DNA of 11,341 nucleotides from a virus (Duplodnaviria; Heunggongvirae; Uroviricota; Caudoviricetes): IMG/VR virus record IMGVR_UViG_2537561932_000025, positions 1 to 11,341 of that record; one strand, 5' to 3'. Shown piece by piece: positions 6,998 to 11,341 of this stretch (position 1 is its first letter; each line of letters starts with the position of its first letter). The notes under the pieces were generated by a model. It saw only the letters and a program-made list of their open reading frames with translations, ran no database searches and was not told where the DNA came from. The position numbers and the translations under genes were made by a program.

Positions 6998-7269
6998 ATG
7001 TATGAACATTCAACTGATACAACTAACACGTTTCCTCGTAACGGTTTGAAGTGGTCCGCACGAGATCTGGCGTTATTAAAAATTAATGCAGGAAAGATCA
7101 GTGCGGACGAAATAGCTATTACCTTCGCCGGGACGTTGAAGCAGTGCACATTAAAGCGTCACGTCTCGGTATATCACTGATAACCAATAAATGTAAACGT
7201 GGTCATGCGCGAGTTTACCAAAAAGGTAGATGGCGCTGTCCTGAGTGTAGAAAATTAAAAGGGTATTGA
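6998..7269 (+). pseudogene. Frameshifted paralog of the 5999..6313 protein with a C-terminal CxxxH...CxxC zinc-ribbon-like motif
   Basis: The first reading frame (6998-7180) gives ...LKWSARDLALLKINAGKISADEIAITFAG, then drifts to a stop. The continuation of the paralog alignment, RDVEAVHIKASRLGISLITNKCKRGHARVYQKGRWRCPECRKLKGY, is in the -1 frame from about 7129 to the stop at 7267-7269. This indicates an indel or a recoding site near 7126-7132. Confidence 0.5.
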
Positions 7270-7271
7270 AT

Positions 7272-7520
7272 ATGAGCACTAAACTTCAACTTGGTTTTTC
7301 ACCGCTATCAAAAACTATCATGCTGGCAAAAATGCGCGATGTTGAAGGTGGACGTATGCGCGTTGGCAATGATCCAGGTCGTGATGTTACCAATGAGGCT
7401 GCTCAATTGGTGTGGCGACTGGTCATGACTGAAGGTGGTGAGATCGCGTGGGAGCTGGATGATGGTTCTCGCATGGTGTTGAAGGCAGAAAAGCAGGAGG
7501 CAACCAGTGAGCAAGATTGA
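7272..7520 (+). CDS. Hypothetical 82-aa protein
   Basis: ORF on the operon strand starting at the ATG at 7272. Its 3' end overlaps the next gene. Confidence 0.5.
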   Translation: MSTKLQLGFSPLSKTIMLAKMRDVEGGRMRVGNDPGRDVTNEAAQLVWRLVMTEGGEIAWELDDGSRMVLKAEKQEATSEQD

Positions 7521-8088
7521 CTATCAGGCACTGCGTGAAAAGGCAGAGAAAGCAACGTGTGGTGTGTGGTCGCTCGAATATGGAGAGAGCCGATTTGATT
7601 GTGATGATGCGCTAATTCATCGTGACGTTGTTGGATATCTTCCCATTTGCAGAATTGAAGGAGCGCATCCTGAAAGCGGTTTCGATGAAGATTTCCAAAT
7701 GGAACAGCAGGCCAATGCTGAATTCATCGCTGCAGCCAATCCGGCTACCGTCTTGGCGCTGCTTGGCGAGCTGGAAGCAGCAAAAAAGCGCATTGCAGAA
7801 CTGGAAGCCGAACCTGTAAGCCAGGCTAACAAGTTGAACGAGCTGTCGGGCAACTCTCCGGTAACTCAGGATGGTTGGATAAGCTGTAGTGAGCGAATGC
7901 CTGAAAAGGGCCAGAACGTGCTTATTTCGGTGAATTTCGATAGCTCTCTGGTTGAACCGCTAATATGCTCCGCACGCTATACAGGAAGCACATTCCGGCG
8001 AGGAGAAGCAACGATTAAGCCGGGTAATGGAATTGAGCAGGCAACTCACTGGATGCCTCTACCAGAACCGCCGCAGGAGACAAAATGA
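7507..8088 (+). CDS. Ead/Ea22-like protein with a C-terminal DUF551-like domain
   Basis: GTG start preceded by aggagg with a 6-nt spacer. The N-terminal KIDYQALREKAEKATCGVWSLEY... and the coiled-coil AELEA segment resemble Ea22-family proteins of lambdoid phages. The C-terminal DGWISCSERMPEKGQNVLI...HWMPLPEPP resembles DUF551. Both assignments are from memory. Confidence 0.6.
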   Translation: MSKIDYQALREKAEKATCGVWSLEYGESRFDCDDALIHRDVVGYLPICRIEGAHPESGFDEDFQMEQQANAEFIAAANPATVLALLGELEAAKKRIAELEAEPVSQANKLNELSGNSPVTQDGWISCSERMPEKGQNVLISVNFDSSLVEPLICSARYTGSTFRRGEATIKPGNGIEQATHWMPLPEPPQETK

Positions 8089-8345
8089 TGGATGTAAAAG
8101 AGAAGGTATTGCAGGTGATACGTTCCCGTGCTGCCCTGCAAGAGAAAGCTCTCGGCGGGGAATATCCATTCACGATAGCAACCTGGAATCTGCGGTTGGC
8201 AATGGAGAAGGAATTTCCTGATGAAGAATGGCGTTCGGCAGATTTGCGCAAAATTCTTATGGAGATTGCTAAAGACGGAACAGTATCTAAAGATAAACAT
8301 GCCAGCCGGATTGGTCAGGCAGTATGGAGACTGGAGGAGCGGTAA
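8085..8345 (+). CDS. Hypothetical 86-aa protein
   Basis: The start overlaps the previous stop (ATGA); operon strand. Confidence 0.5.
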   Translation: MMDVKEKVLQVIRSRAALQEKALGGEYPFTIATWNLRLAMEKEFPDEEWRSADLRKILMEIAKDGTVSKDKHASRIGQAVWRLEER

Positions 8346-8629
8346 TGGCTAACCTGCAACTTGCCGTCAAAGGTGAATACTTCGATGCCATGATTCGCGG
8401 AGATAAAATGGAAGAGTATCGCCTGTGTAATGACTACTGGAATAAGCGAATCATGTTACGGGAATATGACCGCCTGATTATCACAAAGGGATATCCGAAG
8501 CGCGACGATTCCAGTCGCAGAATTGATGTTCCGTATGGTGGATATGAAATCAAGACAATCACACATCCGCACTTCGGTGATAAACCGGTAAAGGGGTTCG
8601 CGATAAAGGTGAATATCAGCAATGAATAA
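8345..8629 (+). CDS. Hypothetical 94-aa protein
   Basis: ATG at 8345 preceded by ggagg. The track's longer ORF from 8324 is an upstream extension. Followed by an intrinsic terminator. Confidence 0.5.
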   Translation: MANLQLAVKGEYFDAMIRGDKMEEYRLCNDYWNKRIMLREYDRLIITKGYPKRDDSSRRIDVPYGGYEIKTITHPHFGDKPVKGFAIKVNISNE

Positions 8630-8663
8630 CAATCCTCGCACTCGCGGGGATTTCTTTTATCTG

Positions 8664-8688
8664 AACTCGCTACGGCGAGTTTTGTTTT
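8664..8688 (+). terminator. Rho-independent terminator
   Basis: aactcgc-tacg-gcgagtt followed by ttgtttt. Confidence 0.6.
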
Positions 8689-8701
8689 ATGGAGATGATA
8701 A

Positions 8702-8869
8702 ATGCACTTCCGAGTCACAGGTGAATGGAATGGAGAGCCATTCAACAGAGTTATCGAAGCCGAGAACATCAGCGACTGCTATGACCACTGGATGCTGTGG
8801 GCGCAGATAGCACATGCAGACGTAACCAATATTCGAATTGAAGAACTGAAAGAACACCAAGCCGCCTGA
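8702..8869 (+). CDS. Hypothetical 55-aa protein (MHFRVTGEWNGEPFNRVIEAENISDCYDHWMLWAQIAHADVTNIRIEELKEHQAA)
   Basis: Below the track cutoff. Shine-Dalgarno ggag with a 6-nt spacer. The stop codon lies inside the loop of a downstream terminator hairpin. Preferred over the overlapping track ORF 8622..8810, whose translation is low-complexity and lacks a Shine-Dalgarno. Confidence 0.45.
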   Translation: MHFRVTGEWNGEPFNRVIEAENISDCYDHWMLWAQIAHADVTNIRIEELKEHQAA

Positions 8870-8882
8870 TGGCGGTTTTTTA
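8861..8882 (+). terminator. Rho-independent terminator
   Basis: gccgcc-tgat-ggcgg followed by ttttttatt. Confidence 0.65.
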
Positions 8883-8895
8883 TTGGAGACAAGAA

Positions 8896-9240
8896 ATGTC
8901 AGATTTGGCTATGAAGGTTTTGAAATGGCAATCAACTGGCGATGTAGGCATCAGTAGCGCAACTCTTGCCTCAATCGCATGTGGACTGAAAAAGAATATC
9001 TATGGTCATCACTTCGGCGCTCCACATGACGCAGCAGATTTCCGGCGATGCGTTGCACTTGTCGAGCAGATTCCAGAAATCAGAGATTCATTCGACAAGG
9101 TTGCAAAGCGCGTTCCGGCATTCAAAGGCATCCTCAACGAATGGGATCCCCTCGTTGCTCTGTTGAAGTCTGAAATGAAGATACACGGAAACAAAGCACC
9201 AGAGACTTACAGAAGAATCAGCGAGCTACGCAAGGACTAA
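8896..9240 (+). CDS. Hypothetical 114-aa protein
   Basis: ATG at 8896 preceded by ggaga. The track ORF starting at 8869 begins inside the terminator T-tract and is an artefactual extension. Confidence 0.55.
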   Translation: MSDLAMKVLKWQSTGDVGISSATLASIACGLKKNIYGHHFGAPHDAADFRRCVALVEQIPEIRDSFDKVAKRVPAFKGILNEWDPLVALLKSEMKIHGNKAPETYRRISELRKD

Positions 9241-9329
9241 CCACAGCCTCACACTCGATGAGGCCTGTTCATTTCTCAAGATATCCAGACCTACCATTGC
9301 TGCATCAATGCGGCTTTTTATTGCCTGAT

Positions 9330-9345
9330 TTGCAGGTTCGATTCC
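9330..9345 (+). other. tRNA T-arm-like fragment (ttgcaggttcgattcc) with no tRNA 5' half upstream
   Basis: Contains the canonical GGTTCGATTCC T-stem/loop signature and matches the corresponding stretch of E. coli tRNA-Arg (argW) as I recall it. The upstream sequence is not tRNA-like, so this is a remnant or att-type partial copy. Confidence 0.5.
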
Positions 9346-9364
9346 CTATTCGGAGATAGCACTC

Positions 9365-9565
9365 ATGCAACACGAACTACAGCCTGATTCACTGGTTGAT
9401 TTGAAATTCATCATGGCTGATACTGGCTTCGGTAAGACCTTCATCTATGACCGGATTAAGTCCGGCGACCTGCCTAAAGCCAAAGTTATCCACGGACGAG
9501 CAAGATGGTTATATCGTGACCATTGTGAATTCAAAAATAAGCTCTTAAGCCGCGCCAATGGGTAA
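9365..9565 (+). CDS. torI: AlpA/Xis-family excisionase-like protein, TorI-like (recombination directionality factor)
   Basis: 66-aa protein. The segment LVDLKFIMADTGFGKTFIYDRIKSGDLPKAKVIHGRARWLYRDHCEFKNKL fits the AlpA/Xis winged-helix pattern (..TG.S..TIYR.I..G.FP....G.R...W...D...W). Its length, its position at the prophage end next to an argW-type att remnant and the absence of an adjacent integrase all match what I recall for TorI of the KplE1 (CPS-53) prophage. Confidence 0.65.
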   Translation: MQHELQPDSLVDLKFIMADTGFGKTFIYDRIKSGDLPKAKVIHGRARWLYRDHCEFKNKLLSRANG

Positions 9566-9638
9566 AATAGCGGGTAAAATATTTTTCACATCTAAAAAAC
9601 ACCATTCCAATCAATCCCCTGCCGCTTCAAGTAGATGT

Positions 9639-9653
9639 CTGCAGGGGACACCA
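9639..9653 (+). other. tRNA 3' acceptor-end fragment (ctgcaggggacacca): probable att core copy marking the prophage boundary
   Basis: Matches the 3' terminal 15 nt of tRNA-Arg (argW), including the discriminator base and CCA, with no tRNA body upstream. This is typical of the duplicated 3' tRNA segment produced by integrase-mediated insertion at a tRNA gene. Confidence 0.55.
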
Positions 9654-10042
9654 GATACCCTTCAAACGAAATCTACCTTCACCCCGTAAAAGATAGGTTT
9701 GGCAGCACACTTGCCTTATATCTACTCATTTTTACTGCAACAGGTTGAAATCTCAGCACTGTCAGAAAGCGCTGATGACTAAACAGCCCTGGGCCGGGCG
9801 ATGTAACCATCACACAGAATCCTGATAGCGAAATATGGCGTGACTCGATACTTCACTCCGCAATGCATTCCTTGATGAATTCGCAGGACCGTGATACACG
9901 GGACAGGTCGCTGAATGACGACAATGTCCTGGAAATCAGCGAACCGCGCATCTGAAGTACATTTGAGCGACTGTACCAGAACATGAATGAGGCGTTTGGA
10001 TTAGGTGATTATTAGCAGGGCTAAGCACTTTAGTATTATTAT

Positions 10043-10084
10043 TTTCCGGTTGAGGGATAGGGAGATATCGACAACAACCGGAAA
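10043..10084 (-). terminator. Possible terminator or inverted repeat downstream of cscB
   Basis: 11-bp perfect inverted repeat ttttccggttg ... caaccggaaaa separated by a 20-nt loop, immediately 3' of the cscB stop on the minus strand. The flanks are not strongly T-rich on the minus strand, so terminator function is uncertain. Confidence 0.3.
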
Positions 10085-10093
10085 AGTTTACGT

Positions 10094-11341
10094 CTATATT
10101 GCTGAAGGTACAGGCGTTTCCATAACTATTTGCTCGCGTTTTTTACTCAAGAAGAAAATGCCAAATAGCAACATCAGGCAGACAATACCCGAAATTGCGA
10201 AGAAAACTGTCTGGTAGCCTGCGTGGTCAAAGAGTATCCCAGTCGGCGTTGAAAGCAGCACAATCCCAAGCGAACTGGCAATTTGAAAACCAATCAGAAA
10301 GATCGTCGACGACAGGCGCTTATCAAAATTTGCCACGCTGTATTTGAAGACGGATATGACACAAAGTGGAACCTCAATAGCATGTAACAGCTTCACTAAT
10401 GAAATAATCCAGGGGTTAACGAACAGCGCGCAGGAAAGGATACGCAACGCCATAATCACAACACCGATAAGTAATGCATTTTTTGGCCCTACCCGATTCA
10501 CAAAGAAAGGAATAATCGCCATGCATAGCGCTTCGAGTACCACCTGGAATGAGTTGAGATAACCATACAGGCGCGTTCCTACATCGTGTGATTCGAATAA
10601 ACCTGCATAAAAGACAGGAAAAAGTTGTTGATCAAAAATGTTATAGAAAGACCACGTCCCCACAATAAATATGACGAAAACCCAGAAGTTTCGATCCTTG
10701 AAAACTGCGATAAAATCCTCTTTTTTTACCCCTCCCGCATCCGCCGCTACGCACTGGTGATCCTTATCTTTAAAACACATGTTGATCATCATAAATACAG
10801 CGCCAAATAGCGAGACCAACCAGAAGTTGATATGGGGACTGATACTAAAAAATATGCCGGCAAAGAACGCGCCAATAGCATAGCCAAAAGATCCCCAGGC
10901 GCGCGCTGTTCCATATTCGAAATGAAAATTTCGCGCCATTTTTTCGGTGAAGCTGTCAAGCAAACCGCATCCCGCCAGATACCCCAGGCCAAAAAAGAGC
11001 GCCCCCAGAATTAGACCTACAGAAAAATTGCTTTGCAGTAACGGTTCATAAACGTAAATCATAAACGGTCCGGTCAAGACCAGGATGAAACTCATACACC
11101 AGATGAGCGGTTTCTTCAGACCGAGTTTATCCTGAACGATGCCGTAGAACATCATAAATAGAATGCTGGTAAACTGGTTGACCGAATAAAGTGTACCTAA
11201 TTCCGTCCCTGTCAACCCTAGATGTCCTTTCAGCCAAATAGCGTATAACGACCACCACAGCGACCAGGAAATAAAAAAGAGAAATGAGTAACTGGATGCA
11301 AAACGATAGTACGCATTTCTGAATGGAATATTCAGTGCCAT
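10094..11341 (-). CDS. cscB: Sucrose:H+ symporter CscB (LacY-family oligosaccharide permease, major facilitator superfamily)
   Basis: The 415-aa translation MALNIPFRNAYYRFASSYSFLFFISWSLWWSLYAIWLKGHLGLTGTELGTLYSVNQFTSILFMMFYGIVQDKLGLKKPLIWCM... matches CscB as I recall it. It is a LacY paralog with a 12-helix hydrophobic profile, and its start codon is the last three bases of the window. Confidence 0.85.
   Translation of the reverse strand: MALNIPFRNAYYRFASSYSFLFFISWSLWWSLYAIWLKGHLGLTGTELGTLYSVNQFTSILFMMFYGIVQDKLGLKKPLIWCMSFILVLTGPFMIYVYEPLLQSNFSVGLILGALFFGLGYLAGCGLLDSFTEKMARNFHFEYGTARAWGSFGYAIGAFFAGIFFSISPHINFWLVSLFGAVFMMINMCFKDKDHQCVAADAGGVKKEDFIAVFKDRNFWVFVIFIVGTWSFYNIFDQQLFPVFYAGLFESHDVGTRLYGYLNSFQVVLEALCMAIIPFFVNRVGPKNALLIGVVIMALRILSCALFVNPWIISLVKLLHAIEVPLCVISVFKYSVANFDKRLSSTIFLIGFQIASSLGIVLLSTPTGILFDHAGYQTVFFAISGIVCLMLLFGIFFLSKKREQIVMETPVPSAI

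Noticed and set aside
6916-7149. 77-aa minus-strand ORF across the paralog pseudogene
   Set aside because: Antisense to a region with clear plus-strand coding signal (paralog alignment in two frames); no support.
7308-8300. Several 60-85-aa ORFs on both strands overlapping the 7272, 7507 and 8085 genes
   Set aside because: All are nested within or antisense to better-supported plus-strand genes and show repetitive or low-complexity translations.
8434-8810. Minus-strand ORFs of 111 and 61 aa, and plus-strand 62-aa ORF 8622..8810
   Set aside because: The minus-strand frames are antisense to the 8345-8629 gene and cross a plus-strand terminator. The 62-aa plus-strand frame lacks a Shine-Dalgarno and is displaced by the better-supported 55-aa ORF at 8702-8869.
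9009-9194. 61-aa minus-strand ORF within the 8896-9240 gene
   Set aside because: Antisense overlap with no independent support.
9566-10093. Possible integrase remnant between the excisionase-like gene and cscB
   Set aside because: No reading frame of meaningful length on either strand, and the short frames I translated by hand had no tyrosine-recombinase-like motifs. Treated as non-coding junction DNA, although a translated search could still find degraded remnants.
10005-10992. Plus- and minus-strand ORFs of 60-72 aa overlapping cscB
   Set aside because: They lie within or antisense to the cscB permease gene, whose hydrophobic codon bias generates spurious open frames.

Overview
This window is the immunity and early-left arm of a lambdoid prophage, read in the reverse of the conventional lambda map orientation, followed by a chromosomal junction and the sucrose permease gene cscB. 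From left to right: the right end of IS2 inserted into replication gene O; a diverged cII; a lambda-type immunity core (nutR, cro, oR1-3/pR/pRM, cI) that matches lambda as I recall it; a non-lambda, AT-rich two-ORF cassette in the position where lambda carries rexA-rexB; oL/pL and nutL; a 43-aa ORF inserted between the N ribosome-binding site and the N start codon; N; a cIII-like gene; a RecT-family recombinase with a Gp157-like partner; a run of small accessory ORFs (one a frameshifted paralog of another, one Ea22/DUF551-like); and a TorI/AlpA-family excisionase-like gene flanked by two tRNA-Arg-like 3' fragments. No integrase, rRNA, intact tRNA or CRISPR array is present. The best candidate for an undescribed system is the cassette at 2073-2662, which sits in the lysogen-expressed cI operon at a known phage-exclusion locus. 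All identifications are by eye and from recalled sequences; no database search was run.
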